Assembly (NCBI GenBank): GCA_965237905.1 | Contig: OZ250172.1 | Span: 1,536,001-1,600,000, forward strand | DNA from: Nitrospinaceae bacterium | GTDB lineage: Bacteria; Nitrospinota; Nitrospinia; Nitrospinales; Nitrospinaceae | Reading direction: 5' to 3' | Length of the DNA: 64,000 nucleotides | Part shown: in pieces, positions 40,599 through 49,365 of the stretch | How positions within the stretch are numbered: position 1 is the stretch's first letter | Layout of the letters: every line of letters starts with the position of its first letter | Made by a program: the position numbers and the translations under genes | The notes under the pieces: generated by a model | Told to the model about the DNA's origin: nothing | The model's database searches: none | Seen by the model: only the letters and a program-made list of their open reading frames with translations

Positions 40599-40973
40599 TT
40601 ATTTATCCGGAATTGACGGCAGGTCGTTGAAACTCAGCTTGTATCCGGGATACGCGTATTTCAACAGAAGGTCGATCACCTGCCGAATAGCGGCGACGTG
40701 GTATTTGCGCGCGTGGGCGCCGTCGAAGTGCGGATCGTCTTCCTCAATGGAAATGGTTCCCGGATTGAGGTAGTTCAAATAGAACGCGCCGAGCGGGCGG
40801 AACTTCTCCAGCGGCTCGTCCTCCGGGCAGGAGTTGACGATGATCATGTGGATATCCTGCCCCGGCGTGGAATACACCTCGAACAGGCCGCCTTCCTTGA
40901 TGGTGTAGCGGCGGCAGTAATCCAGAATCCGGCGCGCGTCCTGGACCGAAACCTCCTTGTAAACAACATGCAT
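40599..40973 (-). CDS. Hypothetical protein
   Basis: Host-like codon use from MHVVYKE; start uncertain. Confidence 0.65.
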   Translation of the reverse strand: MHVVYKEVSVQDARRILDYCRRYTIKEGGLFEVYSTPGQDIHMIIVNSCPEDEPLEKFRPLGAFYLNYLNPGTISIEEDDPHFDGAHARKYHVAAIRQVIDLLLKYAYPGYKLSFNDLPSIPDK

Positions 40974-41140
40974 GAGCGTCCCGTGGCTGTATTGGTAATC
41001 CCGATTATGAGTTTTGGCGGCCCGGTTTGCAAACAAATAAAATAATGATATGGTTAAGAGAATCGAAACCGCGCGCCGCAATTTCGAAGACCTCAAACAA
41101 GAAAATTCATGAAAACGCAAACCACAGCCGGAGTTCTGTT

Positions 41141-41668
41141 ATGAGATCAAACCTTTATTCAAAAATTGCCGGGTCCGCTGTGGCGGTTTTCCTGTGCCTG
41201 ACCGTTGTCAACCTGGCGTTCGGGGTGACCCCGCACTTTGGCAACACAAAAACCGAGGACATCCGGCGACTGCTGAAAGTTTCGGGCATTCACGATCAAT
41301 TGCGCATCGTGAAGAACAATCTGCTGAATCAATACTCGATGGGGTTTTCGGGAGCCTACCCCAAAACGCCGGACGCCTTCTGGGAGGAGTATTATGAACT
41401 GATCGGACAACAGGACGTCGACACCCTGGTGGAGCGGATGGTTCCGGTGTACGACAAAAACATGTCGCACGAGGTGATCCGCAAACTCATCGAGATGTTC
41501 GAGACACCGTTCTGGGAAGAATGGAAGGTGAAGATGCCCGCCATCAGCCGGGAGGCGGGACAGATCGGCAGTGAATGGGGGCAGGCACTGCTCCAGTCTG
41601 ATGCCTTCAATAAAAAGCTGGAAGGGCTGATCAAAAAGCACGACCTCGAAGGCCTGAACAAAAAGTAA
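41141..41668 (+). CDS. DUF2059-like secreted protein
   Basis: Signal peptide; VYDKNMSHEVIRKLIEMFETP...MP. Confidence 0.7.
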   Translation: MRSNLYSKIAGSAVAVFLCLTVVNLAFGVTPHFGNTKTEDIRRLLKVSGIHDQLRIVKNNLLNQYSMGFSGAYPKTPDAFWEEYYELIGQQDVDTLVERMVPVYDKNMSHEVIRKLIEMFETPFWEEWKVKMPAISREAGQIGSEWGQALLQSDAFNKKLEGLIKKHDLEGLNKK

Positions 41669-41802
41669 TCGGAAAGTTGTAAGGCATCGCATTTTAATTC
41701 CCTTCAAACACCTTCCGCCGCTTCCGACGATCTTCTAAATATTTTTCGGCTCCACCCTCTTCCGTCTTATAATACTCAGAGGAAATATAAACAGGCTCAG
41801 GA

Positions 41803-42276
41803 GTGATACCGATGTTCGACGACCTCACAAATATATTTGAAATTCCCATCGCCGAGAAAGATCACAAAAAGGTGGCTCAGTTGATTCAGTTTATCGGCAA
41901 GATGTCGCTCAAGGGCGGTGGCAAGGTACCGCTCCTGCATATTCTGAATATTGCCGGATTCGATCAAAAAGAGGGGATACGCATTCAAAAGATCAGAGGC
42001 GACCTCATCCTGAAAAGCGAAAAAGGAAAACTGGAAGGCCTGTTTCTCAACACCGGCAAAAAACTACGCGAGAAGATTCCCAACGTGCCACTATTCACGC
42101 CGGAGATCATCGGCGAGAAAAAAATCGGCGGCAATTTCAAAGTCACCAAGGACCGGCTGGACCTCAGCAAAATTCGGGGACTGACCGTCATCAAATCTCT
42201 CGGCGAAGACCTGTTCGACCTGAAATTCAAAGTCCAGAAAGTCGTCCTCACCCCTAAGACCGTAGCCGTTATTTAA
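41803..42276 (+). CDS. Hypothetical protein
   Basis: 157 aa ORF; AGGAG nearby. Confidence 0.65.
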   Translation: MIPMFDDLTNIFEIPIAEKDHKKVAQLIQFIGKMSLKGGGKVPLLHILNIAGFDQKEGIRIQKIRGDLILKSEKGKLEGLFLNTGKKLREKIPNVPLFTPEIIGEKKIGGNFKVTKDRLDLSKIRGLTVIKSLGEDLFDLKFKVQKVVLTPKTVAVI

Positions 42277-42292
42277 GACTCGGACAATAGGC

Positions 42293-42514
42293 ATGCCTTT
42301 AAATAAAGTCCAAGCTCTTCTTATTTTCGTTTTTGCAGGATTGCTGGGCTACTACATTTTTACCAACGATATTGTAGCGCTTCTAATGGCTCTGATTTTT
42401 TTAGCGGTTGCCACTACTCTATTTATTCGGAATATTTTGAAAGGCAGGCCGTTCTGGAAGAGCTTCAAAAAATGGCTCGGTGAGGTGTGGGATATTATAA
42501 GCGGAATAGGTTAA
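42293..42514 (+). CDS. Small two-TM membrane protein
   Basis: Two hydrophobic stretches and an amphipathic tail. Confidence 0.55.
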   Translation: MPLNKVQALLIFVFAGLLGYYIFTNDIVALLMALIFLAVATTLFIRNILKGRPFWKSFKKWLGEVWDIISGIG

Positions 42515-42546
42515 ATAGATTTACCAATGGTTTTCAGGTAACGCAT

Positions 42547-42981
42547 TTAACTCTTCAATCCAAATTCTTCCGGATATTTTTTTCTGTAATAAAACCAATA
42601 AGCGATAGCAATAAGAAAGGCAAATACATAAGCCGCTTCTGAGGTTATTCGTAGCGCAGTGGGTTCGTAATAAATAAGATCTTTCAAAAAAGTTGTGGTA
42701 AAAAAAATCATAAATGGAATAAAAATCCAAAAACGGGACCAAATGTGAACCGATTTTTTATAACAAACAAGAAGCCCAATTCCCAAAATAACCGTATCAA
42801 TTGACCAGGTAATATTCAAAATGGCCCAACCTAAAATCACCTGTTTTGAAATGGCCATGGGAAGATGCAGATACAAACCATAGAGCCCAGCACAAATAAA
42901 GGCTATCCCCGCTATTTTAACAAACAAAAATGCGTATCTTTCTGTCTTGCTGTTTCCTGGATTTTTTTCGTATAAAGCCAT
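42547..42981 (-). CDS. AT-rich four-TM membrane protein
   Basis: Four hydrophobic segments; start uncertain (up to 43005). Confidence 0.55.
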   Translation of the reverse strand: MALYEKNPGNSKTERYAFLFVKIAGIAFICAGLYGLYLHLPMAISKQVILGWAILNITWSIDTVILGIGLLVCYKKSVHIWSRFWIFIPFMIFFTTTFLKDLIYYEPTALRITSEAAYVFAFLIAIAYWFYYRKKYPEEFGLKS

Positions 42982-43090
42982 ACACCTAATATAAAGGCTA
43001 AACAAGCCAGCGGATATAAAAATTTAACATTTTTTTCAGAGGCTCTCTGGACAGTTGACATTATGACTATTTCCCGGTTAAATACCCGCC

Positions 43091-43957
43091 ATGAACTTTC
43101 AGGATGTGATTTTGAAGCTGGAGAAGTATTGGGGGTCGCGCGACTGCGTCATCCACCAACCGTACGATATCGAGGCGGGGGCGGGCACCTTCAATCCGGC
43201 GACGTTCTTCCGCGTGCTGGGACCGGAGCCCTACCGCGCGGCCTATGTCGAGCCGTCACGGAGGCCCACCGACGGGCGGTACGGTGAGAATCCCAACCGT
43301 CTGCAACATTATTACCAGTACCAGGTGATCCTCAAACCTTCGCCAGAGGACGTGCAGGAGCAATACCTCGACAGCCTCAAGGCGCTGGGCATTGATCCCC
43401 TGAAACACGACATCCGTTTCGTGGAGGACGATTGGGAATCGCCCACCCTCGGCGCGTGGGGCCTGGGCTGGGAGGTGTGGCTGGACGGCATGGAGATCAC
43501 CCAGTTCACTTACTTCCAGCAGGTGGGGAGCATCGACCTCGATCCCGTATCGGTGGAGCTGACCTACGGGCTGGAGCGCATCACCATGTACCTGCAGAAC
43601 GTCGACAACGTGTACGACCTGCAATGGAACGACACGGTCAAGTACGGCCATGTGCATCTGGAAACGGAGAAACAGTTTTCGAAATACAACTTCGAGGTAT
43701 CGGACAAAGACCGCTTGTTCCAGTGGTTCGACATGTACGAGGCAGAAGCAAAGACTCTGCTGGAGCAGGACCTGGTCCTCCCCGCCTACGACTACACCCT
43801 GAAATGCTCGCATGCCTTTAATCTGCTGGACGCACGCGGAGCCATCAGCGTGACGGAACGCACCGGCTTCATCGGGCGGGTGCGGAAGCTGGCGCGGCTG
43901 TGCGCCGAGGGTTACGTCCGCCAACGCGAAGAACTCGGCCACCCCTTGCTGGCCTGA
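43091..43957 (+). CDS. glyQ: Glycine-tRNA ligase alpha subunit
   Basis: [42 protein letters not shown]. Confidence 0.97.
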   Translation: MNFQDVILKLEKYWGSRDCVIHQPYDIEAGAGTFNPATFFRVLGPEPYRAAYVEPSRRPTDGRYGENPNRLQHYYQYQVILKPSPEDVQEQYLDSLKALGIDPLKHDIRFVEDDWESPTLGAWGLGWEVWLDGMEITQFTYFQQVGSIDLDPVSVELTYGLERITMYLQNVDNVYDLQWNDTVKYGHVHLETEKQFSKYNFEVSDKDRLFQWFDMYEAEAKTLLEQDLVLPAYDYTLKCSHAFNLLDARGAISVTERTGFIGRVRKLARLCAEGYVRQREELGHPLLA

Positions 43958-44087
43958 TTTACCTCTTTGCCCCCTCCAGAACCACAATATATAGACATAA
44001 AACCTTAAAAATACCGCAATATGATGTATAATTTCCAGATTTTACCTAATCCCATAACTAATTGATTTTTAATGAGTTTTTATTGTC

Positions 44088-44231
44088 TCTAACTTTAATC
44101 TCCTTAAGTTATCAAATTCTAACTTTAAAAATTGATAAAATTTTAAAGTTAAAACAAAAAAGTGCGCTATAATTTCAAGTAATTAAAGTTAGAATTAGTT
44201 AACTTTAATTTTTTGCAAAAATTTAAAGTTA
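44088..44231. promoter_or_regulatory. Array of six TAACTTTAA/TTAAAGTTA boxes upstream of fic
   Basis: Boxes at 44090, 44120, 44143, 44183, 44200 and 44223. Confidence 0.65.
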
Positions 44232-44261
44232 GGCTTGGAACAAAAAGAGGATTCCTAAAAA

Positions 44262-45404
44262 ATGAAAATTCCCAACCGTGCGGGAAGATACATACGGCAA
44301 ACTGCAGGTTTTAGCGCCTTTATCCCGGAGCCCCTGCCTTCCAACCCTCCGTTGGAGATGACCGATGACCTGATGTTGCTTCTGTCGCAGGCCGATCAGG
44401 CTCTGGCGCGTTTGGATGGGGTGGCCAGCATTCTGCCTAACCCCGATTTGTTCGTACTTATGTATGTAAGAAAGGAAGCGGTCCTCAGTTCGCAAATTGA
44501 AGGGACCCAGAGTTCCCTGGACGATCTCCTGGAATATGAAACCAAAGTCACCCGGAAAAGTATTCCTTTTGATGTGGGCGAGGTATCCAATTACGTGCAG
44601 GCGATGAATTACGGCCTTGAACGATTAAAGGATTTGCCTTTATCGCTACGATTGATTCGTGAGATTCACGAAAAACTGATGGACAAGGTGCGCGGCGGAA
44701 ACAAAACGCCCGGTGAATTCCGGCGCACGCAAAACTGGATCGGTCCTTCTGGCTGTTCCCTAGAGGAAGCGATCTTTGTGCCGCCGCCTGTTCAGGAAAT
44801 GGAGCAGTCCTTGAGCCAGTTTGAAAAATTCCTTCACCAGCCCGACAAAATCCCGGTGTTGATACAGTGTGGACTGGCCCATTGCCAGTTTGAGACGATT
44901 CATCCCTTTTTGGATGGAAACGGAAGAATCGGAAGGTTATTAATTACCTTCCTTCTGTGCCAGAAAGAGGTTTTGCGGTATCCTCTATTATACTTGAGTC
45001 ATTATTTCAAAAAACACAAGCAGGAATATTACGACCGCTTGATGATTGTCCGAAATAATGGCGACTGGGAACAGTGGATCGCATTTTTTCTGAATGGAAT
45101 CCTAGAAGTCAGCCGCCAAGCTCATGAAACCGCTCAAGCCGTTATAAACCTCGAAAAAGACCAAAGAGAAAATCTGGCTCATAAATTTGGCCCCAGATCC
45201 TCTACCATGAAATTATGGAGCCAGTTGTTTGAGCGCCCGCGCCTAAACAGTAACCTCGTCCAGCAGTTACTGGGATGCTCCCAAGCGGCTGCCATCAACG
45301 CTCTGAACAAGCTCACCGATTTAAAAATCCTGGAAGAAATCACCGGAAGTCAAAGATACCGTGTGTATCGTTTCTCTCCCTATTTGGATCTGTTCAAAAA
45401 TTGA
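44262..45404 (+). CDS. Fic family protein (class II, probable C-terminal wHTH)
   Basis: HPFLDGNGRIGR Fic motif; N-terminal SSQIEG inhibitory motif. Confidence 0.92.
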   Translation: MKIPNRAGRYIRQTAGFSAFIPEPLPSNPPLEMTDDLMLLLSQADQALARLDGVASILPNPDLFVLMYVRKEAVLSSQIEGTQSSLDDLLEYETKVTRKSIPFDVGEVSNYVQAMNYGLERLKDLPLSLRLIREIHEKLMDKVRGGNKTPGEFRRTQNWIGPSGCSLEEAIFVPPPVQEMEQSLSQFEKFLHQPDKIPVLIQCGLAHCQFETIHPFLDGNGRIGRLLITFLLCQKEVLRYPLLYLSHYFKKHKQEYYDRLMIVRNNGDWEQWIAFFLNGILEVSRQAHETAQAVINLEKDQRENLAHKFGPRSSTMKLWSQLFERPRLNSNLVQQLLGCSQAAAINALNKLTDLKILEEITGSQRYRVYRFSPYLDLFKN

Positions 45405-45421
45405 TGCGCACGAAAAACCAT

Positions 45422-45499
45422 ATGCCGAAGCTGGCAGGGCTGTACGCCGAAGGCTACGTCCGCCAGCGCGAAGAACTCGGCCATCCCCTGCTGGCATAA
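45422..45499 (+). pseudogene. Displaced duplicate of the last 26 codons of glyQ
   Basis: 66/78 nt identical to 43880-43957. Confidence 0.9.
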
Positions 45500-45560
45500 A
45501 CTCAGCGCACAAAAAAACCGGATCGGCGTTGGCCGGAACCCGGTTAATTATATCAATACT

Positions 45561-45722
45561 TGGTACGCTTAGACGAAAGAAGTTCGAACCAAAACCAGAA
45601 AGCATCACACCGCGTGAGTAAACTCGCCCTCCGCGGAGGAGTGGTGTCGAGGGACGAAAAAGGCTCGCACCAAACCACAGGCGCTCTGTCCGTCGTCAGC
45701 AAGCTGCCCCTACGGCGAGTAG
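45561..45722 (+). repeat. Two tandem diverged 81-bp units abutting the tRNA-Leu 3' end
   Basis: TGGT recurs at 45561, 45642 and 45723; units share DE..S.Q and VSKL.LR..VV in one frame. Confidence 0.7.
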
Positions 45723-45809
45723 TGGTGCCGAAGAGAGGACTCGAACCTCCACAGGGTTGCCCCCACATGGTCCTGAACCATGCGTGTCTACCAATTCCAC
45801 CACTTCGGC
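45723..45809 (-). tRNA. tRNA-Leu (CAG)
   Basis: GCCGAAGTGGTGGAATTGGTAGACACGCATGGTTCAGGACCATG...GGTTCGAGTCCTCTCTTCGGCACCA; long variable arm. Confidence 0.96.
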
Positions 45810-46053
45810 TTTTGAAGGTGACGCTTAAAATATCATACCCGCCTCAAAATTGTAAAAAATTTTTGATCCGCATAAATTAAATCTTTTTTTTAAAAAGTGA
45901 TCGTTCACCAGAATTGAAATCAACCTCTAACCTATTCATTTAATTGCCCCTATTTGGTTGATAGCGCTTGCTTTTAAAAAAGCGCCGTCGGATAATTACA
46001 GGGACCGAGTACCGTCTTGAACGATGGTTTGATAACTTTTTTCCGAGGGGGAT

Positions 46054-46236
46054 ATGATTCCTGCCAGCTCACGTTCCAACAATCGCGCCGCGCAACAACC
46101 CGTGTTCATCGTCTCGCATTCGAAACAGGAAAAAATCTGCAAAGAAGTGTATGACTATCTGACCCGCAGAAAGATCCAGCAACTGAAGGAAGCGGTCCTG
46201 CAATTCAATAAAACCATCAAGCGGCTTCTCAATTAG
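46054..46236 (+). CDS. Small hypothetical protein
   Basis: 60 aa with GAGGGG SD. Confidence 0.5.
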   Translation: MIPASSRSNNRAAQQPVFIVSHSKQEKICKEVYDYLTRRKIQQLKEAVLQFNKTIKRLLN

Positions 46237-46243
46237 CCTGCCT

Positions 46244-47269
46244 TCAGGCATCCTCTTCAATGTCCACCAGCTTCCTCACGGAGATGTGGTCGTGAAGAAT
46301 GAAATAAACCCCGCCCAAAACGATGACCGCGAAGTTCACTCCCCACGCAACGAATCCGAAACTCACCGTGGCCACTTCCGCTTCGCCCATAATTTCATGC
46401 AGGGCAATCAACACCCCGGCATTGAACGATCCCAGAAACGCCGGGGTCGGCAGAACGGTGATCAGAATACAGACCATAACTGTCAGCAGGATCAGCGACG
46501 TCGCGGACTTGTCCTGCAGGCCATAGGCCCAGTACAGGGGATAATATTGCAGGACGATCAGCGCCCACACGCCCACCGTGGCCACTGCGATAAAAACCAG
46601 CGCTCTTAAATTCCGGAACACCCCCAGACCCTGACTGAAGGTTTCTGTCATTTGAATCAGTTTGTATTGCCATTTCTCGGGAAGCGGCCGGACCAGCCAG
46701 TGCACCAGCGCCATCGCTCTTGCATTGTGAAACGTCAGCAGATAAATGAACGCGATCAATCCCAGTACCAGAGCCAGGCTGAAGATGCCGAACTGGAACG
46801 CCAGGTCTCTGATCGAGATGCCCGACCACGCGATGTTGCCATCGAATATTTCTCCGTGAAATACCAGAATCCACGAGAACAGAAACAACAACAGAATCAG
46901 ATCGAACAACCGTTCGACCACAATGGTGGCGAGCGAACTGGCGAAGGACAACTCGAATTTTTTCCCCAGAAGGTAGGCCCGGATCAATTCCCCCGCACGG
47001 GCGGGCAGAACCCCGGCCATGAACCCGACCATGAGCGGCGAAAATAAATCCCACGTCTTGACTTCCCGAACAGGCAAAAGGAGCACCCGCCAGCGGATCG
47101 CCCGTGCCACGTACGTCAGGCACATCAATATAAATGTCGGCATCAGCCAGATATAATTGACGTGCCGGAACGAATCCATCAACTCAGAGACCGACACGTT
47201 GCGCATCGTGTAGTACACAGCGGCAAAGGCAACGATCAGCCCGATGATCAATTGTCCGGATTTTTTCAA
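46244..47269 (-). CDS. Lysylphosphatidylglycerol synthase TM-like (flippase-like) membrane protein
   Basis: RAIRWRVLL, LPARAGELIRAY, TIVVERLFD, PTPAFLG. Confidence 0.85.
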   Translation of the reverse strand: MKKSGQLIIGLIVAFAAVYYTMRNVSVSELMDSFRHVNYIWLMPTFILMCLTYVARAIRWRVLLLPVREVKTWDLFSPLMVGFMAGVLPARAGELIRAYLLGKKFELSFASSLATIVVERLFDLILLLFLFSWILVFHGEIFDGNIAWSGISIRDLAFQFGIFSLALVLGLIAFIYLLTFHNARAMALVHWLVRPLPEKWQYKLIQMTETFSQGLGVFRNLRALVFIAVATVGVWALIVLQYYPLYWAYGLQDKSATSLILLTVMVCILITVLPTPAFLGSFNAGVLIALHEIMGEAEVATVSFGFVAWGVNFAVIVLGGVYFILHDHISVRKLVDIEEDA

Positions 47270-48198
47270 AGCGGATTCCTGGATAAAATGGTTTTGGCAG
47301 TGGCGATATCTTTCTGGATCTGCGCGACCAGGTCCTCCGCCGATTGAAACTGGATTTCCCCGCGAATGCGTTCGATGAAGGTGACCTCGATTTCCTCTCC
47401 GTAAATGGTGTCGCCAAAATCGAATATGTGCACCTCCACACTCAGCCGGTCCCGGTTGAACGTCGGGTTGAAACCGATGTTGACCGCACCCGAATACACC
47501 ACCTTTTCAGAGGTCACGTAAACGGCATAGACCCCGGTGCCGGGAATCTGCACCTTGCTGGTATCGATGTTCGCCGTGGGAAACCCGATCCCACGTCCGG
47601 TTTTGTGACCGTGCACCACCGGTCCCTGAATGGAATAATAGCGTCCCAGAAAATCGCGCGCGCGGACCACGTCCCCTTCTTCGATCAATTCCCGAACGTA
47701 GGAACTGCTCACCCGGTGTCCCTCAAATTCCACCGGATCGATCACGTGCACCTTGAAATGAAATTCCTCCCCCATTTTTTTCAGATAAGCGATGGTGCCC
47801 TCACGTCCCCGGCCAAACGCATAATCGTAACCGACCACGATCTCCTTCACGCCGATCTTTCCGATCAGAATATTTTCGGCAAATTCCCGCGGTTGCTGGT
47901 CGGCAAAACTTTGATTGAAATCCGCGCAGATGACCTGCTCGATACCACACTGTTCGATCAATTCCATTTTCTTGCGGAAGCTCGTCAACAGCGGCGGCGC
48001 CTTTTCCGGCGCGATGATTTTCAACGGATGCGGTTCAAACGTGAATACGATACCCGTTCCGTTATTTTCGCGGGCGATCTCCGCCACCCGGCGGAAGATG
48101 ATCTGGTGCCCCAGATGCACGCCGTCGAAGTTACCGATCGACATCACCGGGTACGGGCCGGGATCGGGGATATGTTTGGTGCCACGAATAATTTGCAT
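47266..48198 (-). CDS. ribF: Riboflavin kinase/FAD synthetase
   Basis: IGNFDGVHLGHQ, GFPTAN, NIGFNPTF, EVHIFDF. Confidence 0.96.
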   Translation of the reverse strand: MQIIRGTKHIPDPGPYPVMSIGNFDGVHLGHQIIFRRVAEIARENNGTGIVFTFEPHPLKIIAPEKAPPLLTSFRKKMELIEQCGIEQVICADFNQSFADQQPREFAENILIGKIGVKEIVVGYDYAFGRGREGTIAYLKKMGEEFHFKVHVIDPVEFEGHRVSSSYVRELIEEGDVVRARDFLGRYYSIQGPVVHGHKTGRGIGFPTANIDTSKVQIPGTGVYAVYVTSEKVVYSGAVNIGFNPTFNRDRLSVEVHIFDFGDTIYGEEIEVTFIERIRGEIQFQSAEDLVAQIQKDIATAKTILSRNPL

Positions 48199-48243
48199 AA
48201 ATGGATTGGGCCTAAAAGAAAAAGCAGGAGTGGGTCGGCCCGG

Positions 48244-48468
48244 CTCCTGCCCGGAGGGGGAAAAGGCTGACCGCTAACGGCAACCGAGAATCCCTGAGCG
48301 CAATTCAGAATTTGAGTCCAGCGTCACGCTGGCTCCTGCTCCTGCCCGGAGGCTCCCTTAAGAGGGAGAGGAAATTTGCTGACCGGTAACGGCCAGAGAA
48401 AATCCTTGGACCGCAATTCAAGGTTTTAAATTTATCCGCGGCGATTCGCCGCCGTCACGCTGGCTCCT
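48244..48468 (+). repeat. Two tandem copies of a ~100-130 bp composite repeat
   Basis: CTCCTGCCCGGAGG...GCTGACCG.TAACGGC...CGCAATTCA...CGTCACGCTGGCTCCTG twice; related to 38615-38985 and 32251-32378. Confidence 0.7.
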
Positions 48469-48617
48469 GTACCGCAAGTCCTTATTTCATAATAGTCAAG
48501 AAGCATGGGGGTGTCAATTGCCGGGTGCCCGGACTACCCCTAGTCCTGCCTTGCCGATGGTCCGGGAGTTTGATATGATCGACCCATACACGAATATTAA
48601 CCCCATCAGGGTTCCTT

Positions 48618-48905
48618 ATGTTTGATATCGGTTTTTTCGAAATCATGATTATTATGGTGATCGCCGTGATCGTGATCGGTCCCGCCAATCTACCCAAACT
48701 GGCCCGAGCCGTCGGCCGGGGCTGGGGTGAATTCCAGAAGACGTTCAACGAACTGAAACAGGACGTGCTCGACGAAACCGAAGGCGTGAAGCAAAGTGTC
48801 GGTCTCGACCAACTCGAACAGGAAGTCTCCGCCGCCACCAAGGTGGATGTCGACGTCAACCTCGACCTGAACGAGGAACCGGATATCAAACCCGACCAGA
48901 ACTGA
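48618..48905 (+). CDS. tatB: Twin-arginine translocase TatB/TatA-family subunit
   Basis: [33 protein letters not shown]. Confidence 0.85.
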   Translation: MFDIGFFEIMIIMVIAVIVIGPANLPKLARAVGRGWGEFQKTFNELKQDVLDETEGVKQSVGLDQLEQEVSAATKVDVDVNLDLNEEPDIKPDQN

Positions 48906-48981
48906 AAACCCGGTCCTTTCAACCGCACCGGCCTGAGCGCGGAATGCTCCAAACCCCTGATCCCGGCAACGCCATCATCCT

Positions 48982-49365
48982 ATGCTGAGCACCCCCACCC
49001 TGCATCCGTTCTTCTCGCATTTTTCGCCGGCCCTGTTTCTAGCAGGACTGGCGATGCTGGGCCTCGCGCGACGCCGTCCTGACTCGCGCTGGGTTCAGGG
49101 GGCCTGTCTGAATTTTAGTATGGGATTGTTGATGGCGATTCTCGCCGTGTTGACCGGCATGTTTGCCGCCGACCTCTCGCAGTGGCCGATTGTCGAAGTA
49201 GAAGGTCATCAGGGATATTCGTTCTTAACGGTCATTTCTTACATCTTCTGCACGGTTTACGTATACACCCAACCTTTCAAGCCGGCCGCTCTGTTTTTTT
49301 ATGGGCTCGCGGTGCTGTCCATTGGCGCTACCGCCTGGTCCGGGTACCAGTTGGTTTTTCATTGA
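48982..49365 (+). CDS. DUF2231-like membrane protein
   Basis: LHPFFSHF..AL, EGH, TAWSGYQLVF. Confidence 0.7.
   Translation: MLSTPTLHPFFSHFSPALFLAGLAMLGLARRRPDSRWVQGACLNFSMGLLMAILAVLTGMFAADLSQWPIVEVEGHQGYSFLTVISYIFCTVYVYTQPFKPAALFFYGLAVLSIGATAWSGYQLVFH

Noticed and set aside
43055..43093. Leaderless glyQ promoter (TTGACA ... TTAAAT 7 nt before ATG, no SD)
   Set aside because: Plausible, but the -10 match is imperfect and cannot be supported without TSS data.
45561..45722. 81-bp periodic units as a CRISPR array
   Set aside because: Only two diverged units, no identical repeat-spacer pattern, and no cas genes in the window.
45560..45880. 106-aa ORF as a real gene
   Set aside because: Its second half is the antisense of tRNA-Leu; only the 81-bp units are informative.
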